From positions 69,730,889-69,763,171 of the forward strand of contig NC_068986.1 in NCBI RefSeq assembly GCF_001194135.2: a DNA stretch of 32,283 bases, given 5' to 3'. Below the pieces are notes generated by a model. It was not told the origin of the DNA. It worked only from the letters and a program-made list of their open reading frames with translations, and ran no database searches. The position numbers were made by a program, and so were the translations under genes. How positions within the stretch are numbered: position 1 is the stretch's first letter; every line of letters starts with the position of its first letter. This document shows, in pieces, positions 10,894-22,199 of this stretch. The DNA comes from Octopus bimaculoides (lineage: Eukaryota).

Positions 10894-11348
10894 NNNNNNN
10901 NNNNNNNNNNNNNNNNNNNNNNNNNNNNNNNNNNNNNNNNNNNNNNNNNNNNNNNNNNNNNNNNNNNNNNNNNNNNNNNNNNNNNNNNNNNNNNNNNNNN
11001 NNNNNNNNNNNNNNNNNNNNNNNNNNNNNNNNNNNNNNNNNNNNNNNNNNNNNNNNNNNNNNNNNNNNNNNNNNNNNNNNNNNNNNNNNNNNNNNNNNNN
11101 NNNNNNNNNNNNNNNNNNNNNNNNNNNNNNNNNNNNNNNNNNNNNNNNNNNNNNNNNNNNNNNNNNNNNNNNNNNNNNNNNNNNNNNNNNNNNNNNNNNN
11201 NNNNNNNNNNNNNNNNNNNNNNNNNNNNNNNNNNNNNNNNNNNNNNNNNNNNNNNNNNNNNNNNNNNNNNNNNNNNNNNNNNNNNNNNNNNNNNNNNNNN
11301 NNNNNNNNNNNNNNNNNNNNNNNNNNNNNNNNNNNNNNNNNNNNNNNN
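10894..11348. other. Assembly gap (N run); other gaps at 1351-1372, 4317-4384, 9776-9826, 19900-19920 and 27684-28064
   Basis: N characters, mostly next to microsatellites. Confidence 1.
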
Positions 11349-11375
11349 CTTCTTCTTCTTCTTCTTCTTCTCATT

Positions 11376-11436
<61 letters not shown>
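11349..11436. repeat. (CTT)n plus (ATT)n microsatellite
   Basis: Direct inspection. Confidence 0.95.
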
Positions 11437-11437
<1 letters not shown>

Positions 11438-11621
11438 GGCGGCGAGCTGGACAATATGTTTAGCACGCCGGACAAAATGTTTAGTGCCATATCGTCCGCA
11501 CTTACGAGCTAAGTTCAAATTCTGCTGAGGAAGACTTTGCCTTTCATCCTTTCGAAGTCGATGAAATAGCTACCAGTCAAGCACTGGGGTTGATGTATTC
11601 GATTGTCTCCCTGTCCTGAAA
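11438..11621 (+). mobile_element. SINE family B
   Basis: ggcggcgagctgg...ttagcacgccggacaaaatg...ctttgcctttcatcctttcgaagtcgatgaaa...ccagtcaagcactgggg. Confidence 0.85.
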
Positions 11622-11637
11622 TTATTATTATTATTAA

Positions 11638-11746
11638 GGTGGTGAGCTGGCAGAATCGTTAGCGCACCAAACAAAATACTTAACCACATTTCTTCCTCTT
11701 TAAGGATGCTAAACATTATGTCCAGTCCAGCGCGCTAATGATTTTA
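11638..11746. mobile_element. Two SINE B head fragments in opposite orientations
   Basis: ggtggtgagctggcagaatcgttagcgc (plus), then a degenerate inverted head gctaaacatt...cagcgcgctaatgatttt (minus). Confidence 0.55.
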
Positions 11747-11795
11747 CTATATGTCTTAATAGTAATATATATTTATTATGTCTATCTGTATATTA

Positions 11796-11934
11796 GTTTC
11801 AAATTTTGGCACAAGGCCAGCAATATCGTGGCAGTGTGTAAGTCGATTACATCGACCTTAGTATTCAACTAGCACCTACTACTTTATCAACCCTGAAAGG
11901 AGAAAAGGCAAAGTCGACCTCGGCAACATTGAAA
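11796..11934 (-). mobile_element. SINE family B, 3' two-thirds
   Basis: tttcaaattttggcacaaggccagcaat...gtcgattacatcgacc...aaggcaaagtcgacctcggc. Confidence 0.85.
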
Positions 11935-12061
11935 TGTCTATCTATATATTGCTAAATAAATTTGCTTTTTTATATTCCCAGTATGTGAGCTTTCTAGTTA
12001 TAAAACTAATTATCCCAAGATCGCTACACATACAAACATACATATACACAATGGTAGATGG

Positions 12062-12066
12062 GTAGG

Positions 12067-12112
<46 letters not shown>
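12062..12112. repeat. (GATA)n microsatellite
   Basis: Direct inspection. Confidence 0.97.
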
Positions 12113-13429
12113 CGGTTACCACTTGCACGTCTGTTAATGTTGGAAAAGATGCGTAGGTTGAGTCACAGAGGTAGCTTTCCGTTTTTCTTTGAGTTTTCTT
12201 GTGGTGGATTAAATGGGTTTCTAAACCAATTTATTATAAACTATCATTTACAGTTGTATTACATTCACGATACACCGATGAATGTCTTATTCCCACATTT
12301 ATCGATGGTTCTTCATTTACATTCTAATACACGCGCGCGCGCGCAGTCGCATATATATATATATATATTCAGATACACACACATATACATATATACATAC
12401 ACGCGCATACACACATATGCTTTTGCGGCTTCCAGTAAATAATACTTATGCACACAACGTTATTCTTCGGCACATAGAAACGAAAGTATGTGTTTATGCA
12501 CGTATATGTGAGGTTAAAAATGTATTAAGAACGCAGTGTGAACTCGCTCTAGAACTTGACTAATCTCTTAGCTAATTGTGCTACATAAATATTTTCACAT
12601 ATCTATCACAGTTCCCATTCCTCTTCCTGTAAGAGTAACCGTTATTTTCATAGACACCCGTTGTTTCACTTCATAAAGTTTATACTCATATAACATCATT
12701 GAATTAACTAGTATGCATGTCCACATATCACTTTAAAACATTTTACGTTGCATACACACGGCTCATATAATTACCGAATGTATCAATTATAGAATTAATT
12801 AATTACATTTATGAGAACATACTTGGATTATAGAACAAATTTAAAGTATATACGTGATTGGCACAAGTGTGATCTCAATTTTTATTATATATTGGAGTTT
12901 CGTGAGGTCTTATGTATCGATGGCACATTTTCTCCGTCTAGCTGAACAAAATATGGAATATGAGTTATCATTTTTTTTTTTTGTTTTAATGTAGCTAGCT
13001 GTCTACTGTAACTGATTTAGATTTAACTACAAACATTATGAATTATAATCTATAGCTACCAATGAAATTGCTATGCGAAATCGCCTTCAGCTTCCTTTCT
13101 TTGACTAGTCTAGTGTAGATACAGAGAAATGCTCGTAAGAGATTTGGTCTCGTAAAAAAAAAAAATTAAAACGATATATAAATACATAAAATAAAACACA
13201 AATCACGTTGATCGTATGTCTACTGATATAAAACGGATGTGCTACTGTTGTACTTAGGTGTTCGTGAGCCCAAAAAATAAAGAAATCCACTTTACCGTAC
13301 TTCTAAGCATATCAGTAACAAGTAGCGTTACCCAAATAAACTGACCCATTTTTATTCAGTGGTTCAGTTTAGACTCTTGACACCCTTCACTTACAATGAT
13401 CACAACGGAAATATTGAGGTCTGCTCAGC

Positions 13430-13624
13430 CACGTTGCTCCAGTTCACTCAGCTGGTAAAAATGAGTTGTGACTGTAATTCAAAAGAGCCAGCCTTGTCAC
13501 ATTTTGAGTCTCGCTGAATCTCCCTGAGAGGAGTGCTCTGCCAGTTGCACGTTAATTTCTCGAGCAGGTTCCGTTGATCGGACAAAATATAATTGTTGCC
13601 GTCGTAACCGACGAGAGCCAGTTT
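13430..13624 (+). mobile_element. SINE family C, 5'-truncated
   Basis: cacgttgctccagttcactcagctggtaaaaatgagt...gccttgtcacatt...cacgttaatttctcgagcagg...gtcgtaaccgac. Confidence 0.8.
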
Positions 13625-14053
13625 GATATGCATTTATGCATGAATGTATATATACTTTACTACTCTACAGTGGTAACCATCTGGAATAACAAGCCGGAAA
13701 TCCGATCATAACCCTAGCTACATACGAATTTGTAATATACATGGGATGACAAAGATTATATCACCAATGTTACTGCTCGACGGACATCTAAACCCGAATT
13801 ATGATACAGTTAGAGTCGAATAGGTGCTAGAAATAGGGAAGACAAATCTGGGTTCATATCGAGTAAAAGAGGGAATACTACTTAAAGCGTGCGTATCGAC
13901 GCAAACGCCTTCTTTCTTGTAATGTGACAAGAATTCAACAAACTAGTGCGACCTAATTGAGTCCACGATCAGTTGTAATATGTTAAGTGAGAATGTTAAG
14001 TGTCCAATGCAGCAAGTAGAATAACACTATACTAAGTAGCCTGGTGTTAATAT

Positions 14054-14269
14054 GGTGAGCTGGCAGAATCGTTAGCACACCGGGCAAAATGGCTAACAGC
14101 ATTTCGTCCGTTTTTATGTTTTGAGTTCAAATGTCGCCCAGGTGTCTACTTTGCCTTTCATCCTTTCGGGTCGATAAAATAAGTAGCAGTTGAGCACTGG
14201 GTTCGATGTAATCGACATAGCCTCTCCTCCGAAATTGCTGGCCTCGAGCCAAACTTTGAAACCAATATT
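14054..14269 (+). mobile_element. SINE family B, full length (best reference copy)
   Basis: ggtgagctggcagaatcgttagc (A-box) ... gagttcaaatg (B-box) ... tttgcctttcatcctttcgggtcgataaaataagt ... ttcgatgtaatcgac ... ttgctggcctcgagccaaactttgaaaccaatatt. Confidence 0.92.
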
Positions 14270-14339
14270 TAGTGTGGCGCCCCTATATCTTAGATATTTT
14301 CATGATAATGCCGTAGATTGAAAAAAAACTTTTATTTAG

Positions 14340-14644
14340 AAGTATACGAAATGGCACATACTCTTACAATCAAATTATGGTAAATACTCTATTGAATTTA
14401 AATTTGATTATGAATTCAAAATGTGCACCTTTGATGTCACACTGTCGGGCCGAAAACCAAACATCTTTGGTTAAATGTATATTAGCGAGGCAATATCTAT
14501 ACCGGGAGGTAATATTTATCCCTACATGTTAGTGGATGTTCTGTTAGAACAAACTATACTGCCGTAGATACCATGAGATAATGTTTATGTATAATGTTTC
14601 TCAGGGATTTTCGTTAACAATCTTTGATGAAAATGATGTAGATA
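14340..14644 (+). CDS. Candidate coding exons 14340-14508 and 14605-14644 of an unidentified gene (weak ankyrin-like pattern)
   Basis: Acceptor cttttatttag|, donor GAG|gtaata, acceptor gtttctcag|, donor ATA|gtgagt. Spliced frame is open: SIRNGTYSYNQIMVNTLLNLNLIMNSKCAPLMSHCRAENQTSLVKCILARQYLYRE|GFSLTIFDENDVD. No homologue recognised with certainty. Confidence 0.35.
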
Positions 14645-14857
14645 GTGAGTTATGTATTTTAAATCGAAATCTAAATAGGAACATCCACAATCTTTAGTAC
14701 CCTCTAAAGATCCTTTTGTACCCTAAAGTTTATACAAAAAAATATTCAGTCTGGCAGGATCTTGGCACAAGTTTTTTTTATTATTTTTACATTGTAGAAT
14801 TATTTTATTGTAGAATCTAGAGGGTTTCTTTTTTTTTTTTTACTTTTGATTTTTCAG

Positions 14858-15167
14858 AACAACATTTGAATCTATAACGGTTGATTGCCTTCTATTTATA
14901 TTACACAGCGTGGATGAAGATGAAATTCTTTGCCATGCTTCACTAATTTCTTTAGAGATTTTATAATATTAACATATGGTGTTCTGAATATTTATATTTA
15001 GTTCATTGGCAACTGTCTATTAGATTATGCGCGTGACCCAAGTGTTAAGACGACAGAGAACCAAAATAAGTGTGGATCAAGAAGTTTATGAAGAATTAGT
15101 GCCGCCAGATTTCGATTCAGCAATTTGTGTGGTATCCATGGATGTGGTAGACAAAACTAAATTATAA
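14858..15167 (+). CDS. Further candidate exon-like open segments (14858-14966 and 15024-15167)
   Basis: A strong acceptor (T-tract then ttttcag|) precedes TTFESITVDCLLFILHSVDEDEILCHASLISLEIL*. A second acceptor ctattag| precedes IMRVTQVLRRQRTKISVDQEVYEELVPPDFDSAICVVSMDVVDKTKL*. Phases do not join the 14644 donor directly. Confidence 0.22.
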
Positions 15168-15667
15168 GATGAAAAATGTCATATTTAACAGCCATATATA
15201 TGTGTGTGTGTATGTGTGTATGTGTGTACATACACGTATATATATACACACACGTACATATGCGTATATATACGTATGTATAACTATATATTTATATATG
15301 ATCCTAATATATACACTAACACATATACAGATACATAAACACACAGAGTAATCCAAATTATAAAAATGACACATATACACATGTAACTTAACAAAATAAA
15401 TGGCAGCTAATAGCCCCGCGGAGTTCCTGGTGATTGTGTTGAAAAATGTTGGTCCTATCTTTGATAAGATCTTTATTCACAGTTGTAGCTGTCTTAGCTG
15501 TCAAATAGTGCTGCTACCCTAGCTTGACCAGCTGTCACAGATACAACAACACGTCAAACACTTACAATTTAATAGACAGATTAATAGAACATGCATACAT
15601 ACGTATAGACTGATAACAGGCACGAAAACGTAGACTAGCTTTGTTAAGCTGCACGCAAACAAACTAG

Positions 15668-15886
15668 TGGAGACGAGAATACTTTTACCAAAGGTTTATT
15701 ACTTTAGGTACAATATCGTCAGTTATTTTTGTATAGTTCACTCAGATTTATTCCACGCTCGCTGCTGACATTCTTCTGTTTTCATTCTCTTCCCGGAAGT
15801 CCTTTTATTTCCTGCTGACCAACTTCCTAACTAGCCCGTAGCGAAGTATCTGTCTACAGTTCGTCTGTCACGAATCCTGCCCTACA
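15668..15886 (-). mobile_element. 3' LTR of the Gypsy element
   Basis: On the minus strand it starts TGTAGGGC right after the polypurine tract, contains AATAAA (plus-strand tttatt at about 15695-15700) and ends ...TCTCCA. Its first 100 bp or so are repeated at 17530-17624. The distal boundary is inferred. Confidence 0.75.
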
Positions 15887-15900
15887 TAGCCCCCCTCCAG
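15887..15900 (-). other. Polypurine tract (PPT)
   Basis: Minus-strand ctggaggggggcta directly before TG of the LTR. Confidence 0.8.
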
Positions 15901-15949
15901 AACTGTTGGCTGTCATTAGAAACGGGATGGCGTTTCAATTACCCTGCTC

Positions 15950-17478
15950 CTGTGTGCTGTTACTCGATTCTTTGGTGACTGTTCCTTGTCAAGGGTTGGT
16001 GTGACCTGTCTAGGACGGCCCCTGTTTGGTGGTTGGGTCACCTAGACAGGGCTGTCAATATCGAGATGGGCTGGTTTCAATCTATTGATGGAGATTTGTG
16101 TCTTGTCATCCACCAATTAGGTGCTGGAATGTTTTATTTCTCTGTTGCATGACTTTATAGACCATTGTAGGGTGACCTGTGGGTGGTAGGCTGTTGTGCA
16201 GTTCATTGTGATTCCGAAAAGGTCACATATGTCATTACACAACTTTGAAGTGAATTGTGAACCCCGATCGGATGAGATGCTATCTGGGACACCGAAACGG
16301 GCGACTCAGTTTGCGATGAAAGCTCGGCTAACTTCTTGTACTTCTGTGCTGCGGAGAGGGATAGCTTCAGGTCAACGGGTGTTGGTCAGTAGATACGAGC
16401 AACCTTGAGAAGGTAGTAGGGGTCCGACAAGATCGATGTTGACGTGGTTGAATCGGGCTTGAAGTGGTTCATGGTTGCCGAGGGGTTCTTTGGTGTGTTG
16501 ATGGACCTTGGACAGGGGATGCAGGACCTGGTCCAGTCCCCGATTTGCTTGGCCATACCGTACCAGATAAATTCGCTTGACAGCAGCCGCCGCATGGCTT
16601 TAGTACCTGGGTGGGAAAGTCCGTGAATGAAGTCGAAAACTTTCTTGTGCCAGGCTGATGGGACGATCGGTCGTGGCTTGCCAGTGGATATATCACACAG
16701 TAGGGTTGTGCCGTTAGAGTCAAAGCGTACATCCTGCAAAGAAAGTGATGTGATGGCAATGCGGTAGACCCTGATCTCGTTATCTGTCTGTTGAGTTGCA
16801 CCCATAGCTTCGTAATCCAAGCCTTCCGTTATTGGTGTTAGGTAGGTGCGAGAGCAGGGAAGAGCACGAAAGAGTGCGTCAACAACTGGGTTGCCCTTGC
16901 CAGCTATGTGTTGGATGTCTGTAGTGTACTCAGAAATTGCCGATAGCTGTCGTTGTTGGCGTGTAGACCAAGGCTCCGAGAGCTTGCTCAGTAACGGTGA
17001 GTGGTTTGTGATCCGTGAATACTGTAAACGTGCAGCCTCCAAGGAAATACCGAAAGTGGCGGACAACTAGATGGACAGCCAGTAGTTCCCTGTCGAAAGC
17101 ACTGTATTTCTGTTCAGGGAGTCGTAGTTGTCGGCTGAAGAAGGCGAGCGGTCGCCACTGACTGTTGATGTATTGTTCCAAAACACCCTCAATAGCTGTG
17201 TCGGATGATCAACTATGAGTGCAGTCCGAGCTGACATGTGAGGATGGGACAGCATGGTTGCTTGGGCCAGAGCTTGTTTTATGGATTCGAAGGCTGAAGT
17301 TATTGTACTATCCCACTCCACCTGTCTTTTTGCACCTTCTTTTGAGAGTGCCTTGTATAGGGGCCTCATCACTTTTTCTGCAGAAGGGATGAAACGATGA
17401 TATAAGTTTACTATGCCCACGAATCGATGTAGAGCCTTGCTTGTGGTGGGGTGTGAAAAGGATAGGATAGCTTTTTTT
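15950..17478 (-). pseudogene. pol: Gypsy/Ty3 pol remnant: RT-connection, RNase H, integrase (zinc finger, partial core, C-terminus)
   Basis: ALHRFVGIVNLYHRFIP; WRPLAFFSRQL..EQKYSAFDRELLAV..FTDHKPL; DIQHIAGKGNPVVDAL; HGLSHPG..W...CIPC; FNHVNIDLVGPL; VPDSISSDRGSQFTS; TTAYHPQ; ISINRLKPAHLD. Multiple frameshifts and stops. Confidence 0.95.
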
Positions 17479-17529
17479 GATAGATACATACATTCTGTAT
17501 GTATCTATACATACATTCTGTATGTACAT

Positions 17530-17624
17530 TCCTCCCGGAAGTCCTTTTCTTTCCAGCTAACCAACTTCCCAGCTAGCCCGCAGCGAAGTATCTGTCTACA
17601 CATCGTCTGTCGCGAATCCTGCCC
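17530..17624 (-). mobile_element. Partial 5' LTR of the Gypsy element
   Basis: cccggaagtccttttctttccagctaaccaacttcccagctagcccgcagcgaagtatctgtctac...gaatcctgccc is a diverged direct repeat of about 15790-15883. Confidence 0.88.
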
Positions 17625-18034
17625 ATTTTAAAGATAACGTCTTACGTTCAATATCTATTTATGTATCTATCAAAACACACGCATTCTATATATTTATGCT
17701 TTAGAATAAAAAAAAAACTCACATTTTTTTATTGTTAATTAGTGCAATTCTTTAATGAAGATATTGGAATTTAACCGATGTATTATTCAAAATTTATAAG
17801 GTTTTATCTCTTCATCGATACCGATTAAAGATTTCTTACTCCTTTTTTAATATTAATATGAACTGAAAATTTGGTCATCTATTATTCATATAATAGCACT
17901 CTTAGCTGTTTATTTGTTTTTTGTTTTGTTTTATTGCCTGGAATGGCTTAAAGTATTAGAAGGAATGTGTTTCTATATTCTCTTAAGATTGCTGACCCAG
18001 TACTTAATTAGAAGCCATTACTAAGAGCGATTTC

Positions 18035-18245
18035 GTAGCAAAATCGTTAGAATATGGGAATGAAGCTTCTTGTGATATTTATTCTGAATCTTAACGTTTT
18101 GAGTTCAGTTCTTGCTTTGGTTAACTTTGGCTTTCATCTTTTCGGGATTGATAAAAAGAAAATACCAGTGAAGTATAAGGATTGATTGTAAATAGAATAC
18201 TTCTCTCTTGTCAAATTTCCGTAGTCGTGCTTATGCTCGAAAATG
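18035..18245 (+). mobile_element. Old, degenerate SINE family B
   Basis: aaaatcgttag...gttttgagttcag...ctttggctttcatcttttcgggattgataaaaag. Confidence 0.6.
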
Positions 18246-18895
18246 CTAAACAAAACGGATGCACCCCACTATATCGCATTCAGTCATTCACTCCTATAAC
18301 CATTACATATTTTGGGTGTCAAGTGAATAGATCATACACACGCATTTAATGCATTCCTTTCGTGTAGCATGTTTTGTTTATAGCTGGAAAATCGCAGTTA
18401 TCAAATAAAAACTACAAATAAGAGTTTGTATGAACCAAACTACTGCTATTGGCGATGATCTGCAATGACACACACTTCTACGAACACTAACATTCTAAGA
18501 ACTCCCCGAAAGTAACAGACATATAGATATGCTATGGCCATTCGTTTCGCCAACAGCAATATTCACTTGAACAGTAACACGAATTGATCAACCGACTTGA
18601 TAAAGAAAAACACGACCTCTGACTCACTAAAACAAGAAGGACAAATCTGCATAAGTACAAACACATGCACACGCGCATACACACAATGCGTAGATGTTAA
18701 TGCATTTGCATAAATATATCGATGCATGTGTATGTATGTATTTCCGCGAAAAAAGAGTGAGAGTAATATAGAGAGAGGGGGGGTAGGAAAAGAGAGTAAA
18801 CGAGTTACAAGGAAACTAGAGAAACGAGAGAATAAAGCTTACAGGAAGTTTTAAAAGAGTATACATGGCATTCTTACATCAGTGTGTGTATGTGT

Positions 18896-18946
<51 letters not shown>

Positions 18947-19499
18947 TGTACGTATTATCGTGTGTTCATGTGCTAGATAAAATACATATACAGCTAGATA
19001 TCTGGATATATCGATAGATTTATCCATAGATATACAATTGGAAACACGCAGTCAGATAGCCCACCATAGCGTTTTATTCAAGAGAAAAGAAAATATTTTG
19101 CACTCATCCCATAAGTGCCAATTCTCATCCTTCTTATTTTATTTGTTTTTGCATTTTTTTCAGCGATTTAGCTATTATCTCCATCAAATCTCCTCGTCTT
19201 ACAAGAGATATTCACGATAGTTCAGATAAAAATCATTGCAATGACTTAGAGTGTTGAGGGCCAAAACAAAACTGACTTGGCGATGACCTTATAGATATAC
19301 AACACTTTTGGCTGATTTATTCATAGTTGCCATAGTACTCTCCCCGACCTACCCACTATTCGTGTACAAAACGTAAAATACGCTTGAAATATAAATGAGT
19401 GTAAATAAAAGGAATTTGTGCATGCTAATATGTAAATAGTTGTACTCTAACAAAGTTAACTGCTTGACTCACATACATACAATCACGCACCCACATACA

Positions 19500-19516
19500 T
19501 ACACACATACGTGAGC

Positions 19517-19586
<70 letters not shown>

Positions 19587-19608
19587 ATATATATATATAT
19601 ATGTATAT

Positions 19609-19640
<32 letters not shown>

Positions 19641-19695
19641 ATGTATGTACGTATGTATATATGTTTATATATGTATATATATATATGTATATGTA
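19500..19695. repeat. (GT)n plus (TA)/(TATG) microsatellite
   Basis: Direct inspection; explains four overlapping pseudo-ORFs. Confidence 0.97.
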
Positions 19696-19882
19696 GGAGA
19701 ATATACGAAAAAACAACAACAGACGAGGACAGGTGGTGTAAATAACAAAAAGGATGTATTAGTATGACGCTCGGGAATACGGAAAGTCTTTGACGTTTCG
19801 AGCTACGCTCTTCAACAGAAAGAATACGGAGACAAGGAGAAAAACACGGAGAAAAAAAATTGAATAGTGTTCAGTCAACGGT
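19695..19882 (-). mobile_element. Short interspersed element with a hammerhead-like motif; probable Penelope-like element end
   Basis: Lies between TA-rich microsatellites, contains the GAAACGTC motif and is homologous to 30255-30332 (shared atactaatacatc). Confidence 0.55.
19787..19823 (-). ncRNA. Minimal type-I hammerhead ribozyme-like motif (variant core)
   Basis: Minus strand TCTTT-CTGTTGA-A-GAGC-GTA-GCTC-GAAA-CG-TC-AAAGA: perfect 5-bp helix I, 4-bp helix II and palindromic ACGT in place of helix III. A6 is U. Confidence 0.6.
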
Positions 19883-19943
19883 CATATATAATATATAATN
19901 NNNNNNNNNNNNNNNNNNNNATATATATATATATATATATATA

Positions 19944-21129
19944 CAGGGGTTCGACAAAATACTGGATACACCTTGCATCGTAGAATCATAGCATCATAAT
20001 TTTGAAATATCTATAAAACCATTAAAAGCTCCTTTATTTTTATGTTTTTTAATTTGTTATTAGTATTACTTAATATGTTTTGCTAAAATCATTAAAATGA
20101 CTGATCTATCGGACTTTCAAAGAGGTCAAATTGTTGGTGCTAGTATGGCAGGTGCTAGCGTAACGAAAACAACCGAAATGTTTATTGTATCAAGAAGTAC
20201 TGTCTCGGAAGTAATAACAGCCTTTGAGAAAGAGGCAAAACCTCCTCGTCGAAACAAAACTCCGGAAGAAATCGAAAACTTTCAGATAAGGAACATCGGA
20301 CTCTTACACGAATTGTTGGAAAAGATTACAAAAGTACAGCTCCCAAAATTACTGCAGAGCTTAATGACCACCTCGAGAACCCAGTTTCCACAAAAAGCTG
20401 TTCGCCAGGAGCTGCACAAAGCCGGATTTCACGGGAGGGCTATAATCAGAAAACCACTACTTTCAAAAACAAATGCTGCAAAGCATTTAGAGTGGAGTAA
20501 AAACCTACAAAATTGGTCTCTTGAGCAGTGGAAGAATGTTATTTACTCGGATGAGTCAACCTTTACCTCATTTCCGAATATACGTGTGGAGACAGCCAAA
20601 AGAAGTATTTGACCCAGACTGCCTTCTTCCAACTGTTAAACATGGAGGATGATCTGTGATGATCGGCTATATCTTGGAAATCCACCGGCCCAATGGTTTC
20701 CTTTCATGGCAGAATTAATAGTGAAGACTATTTAAGCATTTTATCTAATCAAATTCATCACACGGTAGCGGAACTGTTTCCGGAGCGAAACGCAATCTTT
20801 CAAATTGATAATGCACCAATTCGCATTCTAGTGAAGCTGAACATCTTATCTGGCCACCACAGTCCCATATCTCAATATTATTGAACATTTATGGTGCATT
20901 TTAGAAAAACAAGTAAGGAGTCGATATCCTCCACCATCCTCACTACAAGAACTGAAGACTGTTTTATCTGAAGAATGGACAAATATTCCTTTGGAAACTA
21001 TTCAAAGTATGTACGAGTCCATACCTCATAGAATTCAAGCTGTAATTACAACCAAAGGCAGTCCTACCCCATATTAAAATAAATTTGTTTGAAATTTTAA
21101 GGTGTTTCCATTATTTTGTCCAACCCTTG
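19944..21129 (+). mobile_element. Full-length Tc1-like (D,D34E) DNA transposon
   Basis: 31-bp TIRs (19944-19974 and 21099-21129; 27/31 matches by manual alignment) flanked by TA on both sides; internal transposase remnant. Confidence 0.95.
20097..21077 (+). pseudogene. Tc1-family transposase pseudogene
   Basis: MTDLSDFQRGQIVGA (paired-like HTH) ... RKPLLS ... WKNVIYSDES ... FQIDNAP ... WPPQSPYLNIIEHLW ... KGSPTPY*. Several frameshifts and stops. Confidence 0.93.
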
Positions 21130-21234
21130 TATATGTGTGTGTATGTAATATACTGTGTGTGTAATATATTATTGAATATATATATATATATACAGCTGTT
21201 AATGTTTTTGTATGTGCGAGAACGTGCCTGTAAA

Positions 21235-21261
21235 TATACAGACAGACAGATAGATAGATAA

Positions 21262-21330
<69 letters not shown>
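21235..21330. repeat. (GACA)/(GATA)n microsatellite
   Basis: Direct inspection. Confidence 0.97.
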
Positions 21331-22199
21331 CTGAATGGTAGACAGATACACAGACATGCACTCACATGTATGATATATAATATATAATGCATACATATAA
21401 AGATTCGTTTCATTGAAATAACTCTAAAGAAGCTATAAGACGCCGCACTCTCACTCAAATCTGGGCCCATGGTTCTTTAGGCGAAACATTTGTGGGTCGG
21501 CTGTGGTAGCTATATCTTCTCCTCTTGACTTCCAGCTTCCTCCCTCAAAACAAATCTGCGCAGCTGGAACTGCAACACAAATGAGAATCAGCTGTGTACT
21601 CTATGGAGAGAGCAACCCCCGACATAATCGAAGAGGGATACAAGTGACGCTCACTCCCTGGAACATGAGAGACACAAGAAACGCAACTTCAGTGAAACAA
21701 CACCATCAATGAAGTACGTAAGGGGAGGAGAAAAATCATTGACTACTCCAAATGATAAGAAGCAGTTTACACTAAGAAGCTCATACGCGTGTTACGAAGA
21801 CTTGGAAGAAAGATTGCAATTCTCCCAAAATCATCCAGACAAACCCGGGTTAAATGTAGATAATAGTGATCGAGCTCACCGTCTCGTGGAAAAACGGGAG
21901 CGATCAAGATTTTGAGTAGAAGTGTATCTAGTTCAAGAAACTTTTGCAAAATGCTAAACTTTTACAGGATTGTTATCGGGTATAGCAAAAAGCAACATAA
22001 TTACATTTATGTATGAAAATAATCTAGAAACATACACAGTACTCTATGCATGCATAAAACATTAGAAGAGAAATATCTTATCAAATAAGAATCGTGTTAT
22101 CGTAATAGGGTACGTTCTTACAACAAAAAGATGTTGGCTATTATGTGAGGGTTGGTGGTAGCAGTAAAATCGGAGTGATTGGGAGGATGAGAGACACTA

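Noticed and set aside
13670-13720. VVTIWNNKP resembling a CR1/L2 LINE 3' motif
   Set aside because: Too short, with no other LINE motifs nearby.
21475-21505. ggcgaaac...gtc as another hammerhead
   Set aside because: No upstream CUGANGA-like core or helix I pairing.
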